From the NCBI RefSeq assembly GCF_044704955.1, contig NC_091986.1, positions 90,706,001 to 90,770,000 on the forward strand: 64,000 nt of DNA. The letters run 5' to 3'. The DNA comes from Pristiophorus japonicus. Lineage: Eukaryota. A program made the position numbers and the translations under genes. Of the stretch, positions 1-11,700 are shown one piece after another. Positions within the stretch are counted from its first letter, which is position 1, and each line of letters opens with the position of its first letter. Below the pieces are notes generated by a model. The model worked only from the letters and a program-made list of their open reading frames with translations, was not told the DNA's origin and made no database searches.

Positions 1-400
1 TTTTAACACACTTTGCCCCTTTTGAATCTTGCTGTTATGTGGCCCTTTTTGCTTTTTGTCTTGGATTTCTCTGCCCTCCACTTTTACTATTCTCCTTTCT
101 ATCTTTTGCCAATTCATTCCTCATACCTTCGTAGTTTCCTTTGTTTAGATTTAGGACCCTAGTTTCGCATTGGACTACTTCACTTTCCATCTTAATAAGA
201 AATTCAATCATATCATGGTCACTCTTCCCTAAATGACCCCGCACAACAAGACTGTTAATTAACCCCTTCTCATTACACAATACCCAATCTAGGATAGCCT
301 GTTCCCTAGTAGGCTCCTCAACATGCTGGTCTAAAAAAACATTTCTTACACACTCCAGGAATTCATCTGCCACAGTATTATTACTAATTTGGTTTAGCAG
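1..400 (-). mobile_element. CR1 LINE fragment (ORF2 endonuclease region)
   Basis: ORF 35..373 reads EEPTREQAILDWVLCN...LGKSDH, matching the CR1 endonuclease C-terminus seen in other copies in this window. Confidence 0.85.
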
Positions 401-494
401 TTAATATAATGAGCCCCATGAATGTGATTTTTTTTTTAACTACCCAATTTTTATAAAGTTCTCTTGCTTATTTCAAATCTAGGGCCCTGTGTAC

Positions 495-1345
495 AACAAC
501 AATAATAACTTGTATTTATATAGTTCCTTTAATGTAGTAAAATGTCCCAAGCTGAAGTGAGTTAAACCTACAGGAAGTTGAGTGCCCACTGAGCTGAAAG
601 ATCTAAACCTTTGCACTGGGGTGAAATCATTAAACAAAATGTGACACTGAGCCACATAAGGAGATGTTAGGACAGATGAGCAAAAGCTTGGTCAAAGAGG
701 TCGGCTTTAAGGAGCGTCTTAAAGGAGGAATGAGAGGCTGAGATATATAGGGAGGAAATTAGAGTTAGGACCTTAGCAGCTGAAGGCACGACCACCGATA
801 TTGGAGCTGCTCAAGGGGCCAGAATTGGAGGAGAGCAGATATCTCTGGGTGGCGGGGGGGGGGGGGGGTGGTGTGGCGGGGAGATGGTAGGGCTGGAGGA
901 GATTACAGAGCTAGGGAGGGGCGAGGCCCTAGAGGGATTTGAAAACCAGGATGAGAATTTTAAAATCGAGACATTGCTTAACCAGGAGCCATTGTAAGTC
1001 AGCGAGCACAGGGGTAATGGGCGAGCAGGACTTGGTACAAATTATGACATGGGCAGCAGAGATTTGGATAACCTCAAGTTTATGGAGGGTAGAATGTGGG
1101 AGGCTGATCAGGAGTGCGTTGGAATAGTCAAATCTAGAGGTGACCAAGGCATGCATGAGAGTTTCAGTAGCAGATGAGCTGAGGCAAAGGTGGAGTCAGG
1201 CAATGTTACGGAGGTGGAAATAGGCGGTCTTCGTGATGGCGTGGATATGTGATTGGAAGCTCATCTCTGGGTTAGATATGACAGCAAGGTTGCGAACAGT
1301 CTAGTTCAGCCTCAGACAGTTGCCAGGGACGGTGGTGGAGTCATA
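495..1345 (-). mobile_element. L2 LINE 3' fragment
   Basis: ORF 929..1156 HALVTSRFDYSNALL...ITPVLADLQWL is the typical L2 ORF2 C-terminus; L2-type 3' tail near 495-550. Confidence 0.8.
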
Positions 1346-1709
1346 TTTATTTATCTCACACTCACAGCTGTAAAAACAAATGTAAACATTTCAATCATCA
1401 ACAGAAGACATACTAATTAGAGTTATTTGTTTGATTCAGTTTTTAATTCATTTGTTTTTTTAATTAGAAAAAGCTCAGATTAGGATTAAAAAATGTGCTA
1501 ATTATTGTGACATTGCAGTCTTACTAGCACTGTATTTTTGTTCCTGCTGCATTTTTGCCACTCTTTTTACATGAACAACTTTCATTGTGTCTTGCAACCG
1601 AGCTAGAGCTGGAATTGTGAGCAGTGCAAATGAAGAATAATTCTATCATTTTTAACTCTGCTCTTATGTCAAATTATATTTGTTGCTTAATCACTTTTTT
1701 GCCAATTTT

Positions 1710-2080
1710 GTTCTCCTGAAGGCACTTATCTTACTGTAATATAGTTCCACTGGTTCCAGGAACCTACCAATACCTTGTCCAATTGGCCATTATTAATGTA
1801 TAAGCCTTGAGGGCGAGTGTCAGCAGGTTATTCAACCATAGAAAGGATCATAGCTCTGCTCATTTCTGTTCTCATCTGATAGCCACGCATGCCTACTTCC
1901 ATGAAAGCCACTAGAGAGGAGTCACGACTGGGAGCTAATTTTCATTTTGTTTTTGTTTCTCCTTCCTGACCCAAAACCAATAAGACTATATTGTCTCTAC
2001 CACTACCCAGGTTAAGATCAGCTTGAAACAGGAGATCAGCTGTGTAGCAGTGTTGAGGAATCTGACCATACCTTACTTCA
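1710..2080 (-). mobile_element. Degenerate tRNA-head SINE (same family as 49060-49385)
   Basis: Reverse-complement similarity by eye to the copies at 24400-24740, 30180-30335/33070-33190 and 49060-49385; boundaries approximate. Confidence 0.55.
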
Positions 2081-2309
2081 CAGGCAATCCTTTCTTCCTC
2101 TTGCTGTTCCTCCTTTACCAAATACAATGGTTAGCATTACACTTAAACTTGTCCGCAGGCTTTCTATGGGCTTTTGCACTGGAACCTGCAGTGATTAGAA
2201 ATCTAAAACAGATGATCTGGGACCTGTGTGAACAGAGCAAGCAACTATGCATCTCCTTAACCAATCAGATTGAAAAATCATGTGATTACATTGGATATAC
2301 GGCAAAGAA

Positions 2310-2800
2310 ACAGGCAATTAGGCCCAACTAGTCCATTCCAACATTTATGCTCCACTTGAGAGCCCCCTCCTGTCTTTCCTCATCTATCTCTTTCAGCATA
2401 ACCCTCTATCCATTTCTTCTTCATAGCCTCTTCATCTAACCTCCCCTTAAATGCATCTCTACTATTTGCCTCAACTGTGGTCGCGAGTTCCACATTCTCA
2501 TCGCACTGGGTAAAGACATTTCTTCTGAATTCTCTATTTAATTTGTTGGTGACTATCTTATATTGATGGCTTCTAGTTATGCTTTTTCCCTCAAGTGGAA
2601 ACACTTGCTCTGTATCTACTCTAGCAAAACCTTTCATAATTTTAAAGACCTCTATTAGGTCCCCCTCTCTGCCTTTTTACAAGCAAAAAAAAACCCCATC
2701 CTGTTCATCCTTTCCTGATAGGTATACCCTCACATTTCTGGTATCATCCTTGTAAATCTTCTCTGCACCCTCTCCAGTGCCTCTATATCCGTTCTATAAT
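2310..2800 (-). mobile_element. Old CR1 LINE 3' fragment
   Basis: ORF 2380..2637 MKGFARVDTEQVFPL...FRRNVFTQ matches the CR1 ORF2 C-terminus. Confidence 0.8.
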
Positions 2801-3150
2801 ATATCCTTACTGAGGCACGCAGAGTCTGAACCAAGAAGTGTAAGTTAGGATTGTTGATGCTATGCCAAATCATTTACAGAATGCAAAATAAAGAGAGGGA
2901 AAGAAAAATGGTGTTAAGAGAGAGAGATAAAAGAATAAGTTCCAAAAAATATAATATTTAAATCTCCAGCAATAATTAAAATCTGAAGGAATGAGACTCC
3001 ACATTGTAAAAGTTAATTTTCAGTGCCAGAGAGGTAATTTCTAAGTAATTAAGGCTTATCAAGCCTTTAAAAATTCACTTGGACTGCAATGGACAAGTCC
3101 TAACTTTTTCTGGCATGTTTAGTGGGTATCTATCATGCAAGTATTCCAAC

Positions 3151-3596
3151 GCTGGACAGGCTACATAGTTCGCATGCCAGACACGAGACTCCCAAAGCAA
3201 GCGCTCTACTCGGAGCTCCTTCACGGCAAACAAACCAAAGGTGGGCAGCGGAAATGTTACAAGGACACCCTCAAAGCCTCCCTGATAAAGTGCAACATCC
3301 CCACTGACACCTGGGAGTCCCTGGCCAAAGACCGCCCTCAGTGGAGGAAGTGCATCTGGGAGGGCGCTGAGCATCTTGAGTCTCATCGCCGAGAGCATGC
3401 AGAAATCAAGCGCAGGCAGCGGAAAGAGCGTGCGGCAAACCAATCCCACCCACCCCTTCCCTCAACGACTATCTGTCCCACCTGTGACAGAGACTGTGGT
3501 TCTTGTATTAGACTGTTCAGCCACCTAAGGACTCATTTTAAGAGTGGAAGCAAGTCTTCCTCGATTTCGAGGGACTGCCTATGATGATGATGATGA
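3151..3596 (+). mobile_element. 5'-truncated RTE-clade LINE with (TGA)n tail
   Basis: RLPKQALYSEL...GGQRKCYKDTLKASL plus a C-terminal CxxC...HxxxH finger; tail ATGATGATGATGATGA at 3581-3596. Confidence 0.9.
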
Positions 3597-4149
3597 CCCC
3601 AACTTCATGCTGTTTCAAGTATTGCAATCCTAAGAGTCTTGGCAAAGTAGCGATGCTTCTGGAGGAGCAGGACAATTGAGACAACAACTTCCTGATTTCC
3701 ACATTTAACTATGCATGTGCGATCGCCAGAGGTTGCGGCCGGATTTACACTTTAATAACGGTGAGGCTGATCGCTTTACTGTTATTTTACCGCAAAATCC
3801 AGCTATTATTAACAGTCCCCATGGTGCAGCTAAATCTAGAAAGTGAATAGAAAATTTGAAACAACTGATCTAAAAAGTCTGAGGGAGTACTGCATTCACA
3901 CTTTAACACCAATTTTGTTGGTGTCGAAACAAGTAGAACCCACACTCCAGACAATTGGCACTGGTGTAAAGCTTTATATCAATAGCAGTTATTACGCTTG
4001 ATTTCTAAAATCATTACCATGAATTTTATGGGAGTGGTTTTGTGCTATTTTTAAATTTTGCATCAGACATCCTTCCAACTTCTTTTCCAGGATACTGGCA
4101 ATTTGTAGCAAGTTATAAGCAGGTTTGTACTGCGAAGCAATGGTTATTT

Positions 4150-4272
4150 GGAACTCAGTTGAGTCAACCCAAACTCATTGCTTACAAATGGCAGGGAGTG
4201 AGGAGATTTTTGTTTTCCTCAGTCTGGGCTGGGTTCAAACTCCAGTCCCAGAGATGAAAAGATAGTGACCAA
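4150..4272 (-). mobile_element. LF-SINE-like 5' fragment
   Basis: Minus strand reads TCTTTTCATCTCTGGGACTGGAGTTTGAACCCAGCCCAG...AATGAGTTTGGG...GAGTTCC, resembling the LF-SINE tRNA head and 5' body as recalled. Confidence 0.5.
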
Positions 4273-5779
4273 GAAATTAGAGTAGGCCGGAATCCTGCCA
4301 GCGCCGGCAAGGCCCACGACTGCTTGCAAAAAGAGCACAGGCAACTCTTTTTGTGCTGCCTGCTAATTTACATGAGCAGGGCAGAGAATCTGTGGTGCAA
4401 CATGCTTATTTCGCTGCTAACCTCCGCAGGAGGCTGAAGGTCACGTCGGAAAGCTTGGTGAGGTATTTTTGGGCAATATGCTGTGTCAGAGCACTTGGTG
4501 ATGGCTCTTGGGTTTTGCTTTCGAGTCCGTTGATGGCCCTTGTAGGGTTGGAGCATTGTGCAGTTGTAGCAGGTGATGAGACATTTGTTTATCCATGGCT
4601 CCCCTCTTCCTTGCATGGGCATTTCTGTGGGTGTTGAGTGGGGTCCACAAATGACTGCCAGACTGACTGGTACTCCCACCTTCACTGGCTGCCATAGCTG
4701 CGTAGATCTTTGACCCAGATGTTTGCTGTGTGGAGGTTTGTGCTCCACCATGGTGCTGAGGGGGGATATCTCACCTTGCAGCTAGCAGTGACCGTGCACT
4801 AGCCTGCATATCGCATAGGGGATTCACTCCCTGGTGAGTGGCTCTTAAAGCACAGCCTCAGATCTGGAGGGACTCCTGGAAAGATAACGTAAGACTGCAG
4901 CACAGATGTCCTTAAACCATGAGAAATCAGTTGAAATAAATTTTAAGAAAGCAGAACATGAACTCTTGGTTAGGAGTTTATTGGTGTAAATGGTGCAGAA
5001 AAGAGCTCAATTAAATTTTTTTACACAGCAGACTTTTGAAGAACTCTTGGTGAAAATATGCTGTCAAGCCTTTTAAAAGCAGACTTCCAAACTTTGCATA
5101 TCATTTTATCAATTCCGAAACCAGAAAACCCCAAAATATAAAATTTAAAGAAATGCAACTTTGATTTTCTTCCTGAGATTATTACAACTGTAGTTCAGCT
5201 CAACTTATTTTAAAAGTACCATCTATACTGTTTGAGCAGGCAGGAGATTTGATGCATCTCAGTTGAAACAGTTTTCACTCCCAGTAGCTCTCCATAGTTA
5301 AGTTATCCCAGCAGCTGTTTACAGTATTGGTTCCAGTTCACTGCTGCTTCCTCCCGCTTCTCCGTGCTGTCAAGGGCAGCATGCATGGGTGTGCTTTGGA
5401 GAGGGCGGTAAGAGGAGCGGTGAGCTCCAAAATGGATGAGCGGGCATCAATTCGGTGTTGGACACTGATTGACGGCAAGTTCCAACTAAATAAAATACTT
5501 TCCGCAAGCAATGGCAGCGCTGCCAACCTGTCGAAAATAGCAACTGCTGTGCGATTTGTTGGCAGGGGGTGGAAGTGAGGCAGCCGCCATTTTTTCCCCA
5601 AAACTGGCCTTAACGGCCAGCGCAAACAATTTCTGGACCAGTGTGCTCATCAGGATCTTAGCGCTGAATGTAATTGGGTATTGAAAGGTAAAGGGCTGTG
5701 ATTTAGTCATTGGAAGTTTATGGAATGATGTGTGGTTCATTACAATCAACGTAACAAGTTAAGCCAGTTTTGTAAACTA

Positions 5780-6020
5780 TGCTACAACAACAGCAACTTG
5801 CCTTTAATGTAGAAAATCATCCCAAGGTATTTCAGTGAGGCAAAAAGAAAATGGATACCGAGCCAAAAAAGACAAGATTAAGAGGTGTGACCAAAAGCTT
5901 GGTCAAAGAGATAGTTTTTATAGAGGGGAGCGGTGAAGGGGTTTAGGGAGGCTGCCAATGGTGGGACAAAAGAGTGAGGATACGAGGCTGGAGTCAGGAA
6001 TGGAGAGTTGAGGTGGGGAT
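5780..6020 (-). mobile_element. Degenerate L2 3' end
   Basis: Similar to 495-720 (e.g. CAAAAGCTTGGTCAAAGAG). Confidence 0.6.
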
Positions 6021-7353
6021 GTGGGTAGGTTGTGTAAACAGAATACCCTGTGAATATATGAGTCAACTGGGAAAGATTTTGATTTACATTGCTCCTCTTA
6101 ACTCTCTCAATACTGTGATTATAAAGTCACCCACTCATAAATCCTTTTTACATATTGCCCTCTTTATATCTCATACATGAACTTTTTATTAAGTTAGTAT
6201 ACAAAGAATACATTGGACATGAATTTGCGGTTGGCAGTGCAGCTGAAGAGTATGCTGCCGGTGTCGCAAGGACATCTGTTCCTCCTCATGCAATGCTCCC
6301 TGCGGGAACTTCCATTCAAACGCTGCAGAGTTCCATACAGCGTACTCCACACGGAGCCCAGAAGCGCACCATTGTGCATATGCAAACCTGGGATCACTTG
6401 GGGCAGTGGTTCTTTTACTTCCTAACTCTTGGCCAATTGCCAATCCAATATTCCTGAAGTAAAATTCTAGGTAAACTCTGCGGGAATACCGGGGGATCTT
6501 TCTTTGTTCTCCTTGATACAGATATACATGACTCTATTGTTCTCTCATAGCAACAAACGATTATAACAAACCTTTTAAAACAAACTATTGCAAAAGTTTC
6601 ATTGGGTCAATTTTTGCTATTACAAACTTCACATTATAACAATCAGTGCAGACCACTCATTTAAATAAACTGTTATTACAAACTGTTATGTAAAATACTG
6701 TGCATTGTAAAACAATCTGACACAAAGGCTGCCATAATAATAAATTCTATAACTGCAATCTTCTCATGGTAACAATTTTTTATTGCAAATTTTTCATTAG
6801 AACAAAGTATGTTTATTCAAAATTCACAAACATCAGTTGTTACAAACCTCTTATAACACATCCTGGCAATACAAGTCTCTCATTACTTTATGTTCTGATT
6901 ATTAACTTCTCATCTTAAAGGAAAGGTTTATTCCGTGTGCTTACAAACACTTCATTATGATAACCTCTTAAAACAAATCTCCCATTATAACATTGTCTTG
7001 TTACAGATCTTTTTATTACAATTTTCTCATCCAATCCTCTTATGCTGTGCAACAGGGTTCCTGCACCTGTTTGCACAAGACTTAAACATTTTCAGACGAA
7101 TTATCTCGCAGTATATGGGAAATTAGCCCAACTTTTCGTCAGCACGTTAATTTGTCTGAGGAGATGAAAGACACAGCGAAGCCCACGTGTAGTCGGAACT
7201 TGACAGATTGCGAGTTCCGGAAATCCCGATCTTGCGGTCAGTTTCAAAGGCTGTATGACGACATACTCTGACAGTATGCCGTCATTCTGACTGCAAATTC
7301 AGGGCCATTATTTCCCCAATCACATCTTTTGATATTAATATCTTAAGGACAGT

Positions 7354-7633
7354 TATTGTGTCTGTAAGCATTCTAGTAATGACTCCACGAGATAAGGTAT
7401 TGCACTTGAACTGTTGTGACCTTAGTCCATTTATTGCAGCTCCTGAATGAGGGTACAGTAAGGTGAGCTCCCTTTTATACTTGGTTACCTGCGGTGTACA
7501 GGTGACCCCTAGGTCTCCACCAGTTGCACCCTCTGGTGGTACAGGTGTAGTGTATACAGTGTGAAGATACATTCAGTGGTCTTGTGTAACTGTACATCGA
7601 GTGTACAGGGTATATACTTTTACATACACAACA
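7354..7633 (-). mobile_element. Solo LTR (280 bp) with 5-bp TSD
   Basis: ACAGT direct repeats at 7349-7353 and 7634-7638; inverted termini T(A/G)TTGTGT(C/A)TGTA; minus-strand TATAAAAG and AATAAA in LTR order. Confidence 0.8.
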
Positions 7634-7704
7634 ACAGTGATAATATATATACAAGAATATTGAGACATTCATTCTTAAATCTTTTCTTTCTTGTCCTATT
7701 CCAG

Positions 7705-7800
7705 GTATTGCATCAGTCGTCCACAGTACAAGACGTCATGTGGAATTTCCTCTTTAGTTTCATGCTGGAATTATTTGTTTAGTACCTGTGGAACAGGAAG
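7705..7800 (+). CDS. BIVM: BIVM coding exon (first visible): (W)[31 protein letters not shown](S)
   Basis: Polypyrimidine tract + CAG acceptor, GTATGG donor, phase 2/2; peptide nearly identical to vertebrate BIVM as recalled. Confidence 0.95.
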
Positions 7801-8210
7801 GTATGGTGACTTTTTCCAACATGAAGCATCAGTATCTTTGTTCTCTTAATTTTGAAATGGCCATTCTATTTGTTTTATGTACAGCATTCTGTGAAATGGC
7901 AATTTCTATCACAGTGTCTTATTATTTGTTACAATATTAAAATAATATTTTCTTGTGTGGTAGAATGAGTGTTCTACTTTTGATATTCTACTTTACCTGA
8001 TTCATTTTAAAGAATTGCAACTTGGGCAAAGTGGTGCAAAGGTGAATTGCATTGCGGAATAGTGGTACATGAGTTCACAGCTGCTACTTCATGCACTGTT
8101 TTCAGAGAGCAAAATACTGTAGATGTTGGAAATCTGAAATCAAAACTGAAAGGCTGAAAATATTTTGTAGGTCCGGCAGCATCTTTGGAGAGGAAAAGGT
8201 AGAGGTAACA

Positions 8211-8720
8211 GGGCTGAATTCGCGGCCCCTATGGGCATATACGAAGTGCACACGCGCCCGAAGAGGCCCCTCCGCAAGTTTAGGCATGCACAATGTACAA
8301 ATCTGACAGAAATGGGCATTCGCTGGCGGAGACTTGGGCTATTTGTCCAACCTCTGCCCAGTGAATGCCCGTGAAATTCTTACACCTGGTAAAAGCAGGC
8401 ATATGGCCTGCTTTCAGCATAAGACTTTTAAAGGACAGAAAAATAAAAAATGTTCAATAATTTAAACATTTAATAACCTGTGAAATAAGGTAAGTTTATT
8501 TTTAGACCCTTTAACATTTTTTTTAACATATTTAATTACATTTTTGTTTTAAATAATTAAATTCCATTTTGATTCATTTTAAATGTCATGTTTATGTATT
8601 TTTGGGTGTATTCCCATTCATGCTTACCGTGATTCCGTACATTCGGATTTCACTACAAGTATGAATGGGAATATCCGTACTTTGATTGGTTGGGCCGGCC
8701 CACATGATGCCAGAGATGCT
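8211..8720 (+). mobile_element. Harbinger-type MITE, family A (divergent copy, truncated by the CR1 that follows)
   Basis: Starts GGGCTGAATT; shares TAAGTTTATTTT, an AT-rich core, a hairpin (8610-8672) and GATTGG with the copies at 18753 and 52164. Confidence 0.6.
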
Positions 8721-8769
8721 TCTGAAACGTCTGCAGTGGGTAAGTTTAGTTAGTAGTCTAATAAATAGA

Positions 8770-11700
8770 ACATGGCAGGCCACCTCAGTCCTGTCGAATG
8801 CACATCCTGTGCCATGTGGGAAATTCAAGATGCTTCTCGTGTTCTGGACAACCACATGTGCAGGAGGTGCCGTCAGCTGGAGGAGCTCGAGCTCCGGGTT
8901 TTGGAGCTTGAGCAGCAGCTGGCATCACTCTAATACATCTGCGATGCAGAGAGCTACATGGATGGCACGTTTCAGGAGGTGGTCACCCCGCAGTTTAAGA
9001 GTGTGCAGGCAGAGAGGGAATGGGTGACTGCCAAACAGACAAGAGTAGTGCAGGTGTCCCCTGAGTGCATCTTGCTCTATAACCGGAATTGGTGAGGGCA
9101 ACGGTTCCTCTGGGGAGTACAGCCAGAGCCAAGGCGACGGCACCATTGGTGGCTTAGTTGTACGGAGTGGGGGTGGGGGGGTGGGGTGGGGGGAGGACAA
9201 AGATCAGGAAAGCAATGGTGAAAGCGGATTAAATAGTTAGGGGAACAGATAGGCATTTCTGCGGCCGCAGACATGACTCCAGGATGATATGTTGCCTCCC
9301 TGGTGACAGGACCAGTTATGTTGCTGAGTGGCTGCAGGACATTTTGCGGGGGGAAAGGTGAACAGCCAGAAGTTGTGATCCATAGCGGTACCAATGGCAT
9401 AGGTAGAAAGAGGGATGAGATCCTGCAGGCAGATTTTAGGGAGCTAGGGAAAAGATTAATAAGCAGCACCTCAAAGGTAGTAATCTCCAGATTCTTCCTG
9501 GTGCTACACGCTAGTGGGTACAGAAATAGAAGGATAGAGCAGATGAATGGATGGCTGGTGCTGGAGGAAGGGCTTTAGATTCCTGAGACAATCTGAGCTT
9601 GCTACATACTGGCTACAAATCTGGACGGGTTGCAGCGCAACAGGGCATGGACCAATATCTTCGTGGTGGAGATGGGGGGACTGCTAGTGCTGTTGGGGAG
9701 GATTTAAACTAGCTTGGCAGGGGGATTGGAACCCGAGCATCGATTCAGAACGGAGAGAAGCAAAGCTGGAAATGGAAGGCAGAAAATTAATAAGTGAGTT
9801 TGGAAGGCAGAGGAAACAAAGGCTAGAAAGTAGATAACAAAAGAGTTTGGCAGTGCTTAATGGTATAAACTTCAGTGCAAGGAATATAATGAATAAGGTA
9901 GATGAGCTGAGGCCACAGATAGACACATGGAAGTATGATATCATAACTCTTACTGAAACATGGCTGTAAGAATGGTAAGAGTTACTCCTTAACATTCCTG
10001 GTTAGAGGGTTTTCAGATGAGATAGAGAGGGTGGTAAAAAGGGAGGGTGTCGCAATATTGGTTAACGAAACAATTACAGCTGGGTGTGGGGGGGGGGGAA
10101 TAATATGTTAGAAGGATCATCAAATGAGGCTGTATGGGACGAATTGAAGAACAAAAAAGGATCAATCACACTGCTAGGAGTGTACTATAGACTTCCAAAT
10201 AATCAGAGGGAGATAGAAGAGCAAATATGTAGGAACATTTCTGAGCAGTGCAAAAACAACAGGGTAGTTAGAGTGGGGGATTTTAACAACCTTAATATTA
10301 ACTGGGATAGAATTAGTGTCAAAGGTATAGAGGGTGCAGAATTCTTAAAATGCATTCAGGAGAACCTTTGTAGCCAGTATCTAGCAAGCCCAACAAGAGA
10401 GGGGGTGGTTCTGGACTTGGTTTTAGGGAATGAAGCTGGGCAGGTGGAAGGTGTATCAGTAGGAGAGCATTTTGGCAGTAGTGATTCTAATTCAGTTAGA
10501 TTTAGCATTTATGGAAAAGGACAAAGATTGACCAGGAGTAAAAGTTCTCAACTGGGGAAAGGCCTATTTTACTAAGCTGAGATGTGATTTAGCAAAAGTT
10601 GACTGGAAACAGCTACTTGAAAGTAAATCAGTGTCAGAGTAATGGGATGCAGTCAAGGAGGAGATAGTGAGGGTTCAGAGCAAATATGTTCCCTCAAAGA
10701 AAAAGGGTGGGATTCCCAAATCTAGAGCCCCATAGATGTCAAGGTGTATACAGGGTAGGATAAGACAAAAAATGGAGACTTATGTCAGATACCAAGAGCT
10801 AAATACTGCAGTTAGCCAAGAGGAGTATAGGAAGCATATAGGTGAAATTAAGAAGGAAATTAGGAAAGCAAAGAGAGGGCATCAATAAATATTGGCAAGT
10901 AAAGTCAAGGAAAACCTAAAGATGTTTTATCACTACAAGAAGAGTTGTGCCGATTAGAGACCAAAAAGGTAACCTTTGTGTTGAGGTGGAAGAAGTGGGT
11001 ATGGTTCTTAGTGAATACTTTGCACTTGTCTTCACAAAAGAGAGGGATGATGCAGACATTGTAGTTGATGAGATACACATAGTCAGAAAGGAAATATTGA
11101 GGGGTTTATTATCATTGAAATTAGATAAATCGTCAGGCCTGGATGAAATGTATTCCAGGCTGTTAAGAGAAGCAAGGGAGGAAATAGCGGAAGCTTTTCT
11201 AATTCTTTCTGGCTACAGGTGTGGTGCCAGAGGACTGAAGGACTGCTAATGTTGTTGCTTTGTTTAAAAAAGGAGAAAGGGATAGACCGAATCATTACAG
11301 TCCAGTCAGCCTAAACTTGGTGATGGGCAAATTATTGGAAAAAAATCTGAAGGAATATAAATCGGCATTTAGAAAGGCATGGATTAATCGAGAACAGTCA
11401 GACTGGATTTGTTAAGAGAAGTTCGTGCCTGACTAACTTGCTTGAATTTTTTAAGGAGGTGACAAGGAGGGTCGATGAGGATAGTGCATTTGATGTAGTC
11501 TATATGGATTTTAACAAGGCTTTTGGCTAAAGTCTCACATGGTACATTGGTCAGAAAAGTAAAATCCCTTGCAATCCAAGTGAAAGTGTCAAGTTAGATC
11601 CAAAATTGGCTCGGTGGCAGAAAGCAAAGGATAACGAGTGTTTTTATGACTGGAAGACTGTTCCAGTGGGGTTCCACACGGCTCCGTACTGGGTTCAACA

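Noticed and set aside
845-890. G-runs with G-quadruplex potential (also 9168-9195, 40000-40320, 58118-58141)
   Set aside because: Homopolymer expansions inside transposon copies, with no independent sign of function
4285-6510. Overlapping short ORFs and GC-richer patches (4285-4900, 5330-5640, 6213-6510)
   Set aside because: No recognisable domain or exon; some ends look like eroded MITE TIRs, but I could not define both termini or a TSD
1-7700. Further upstream BIVM exons
   Set aside because: I found no exon encoding the expected preceding peptide (ending ...LDLRRW); it probably lies before the window, though a short exon could have been missed by eye
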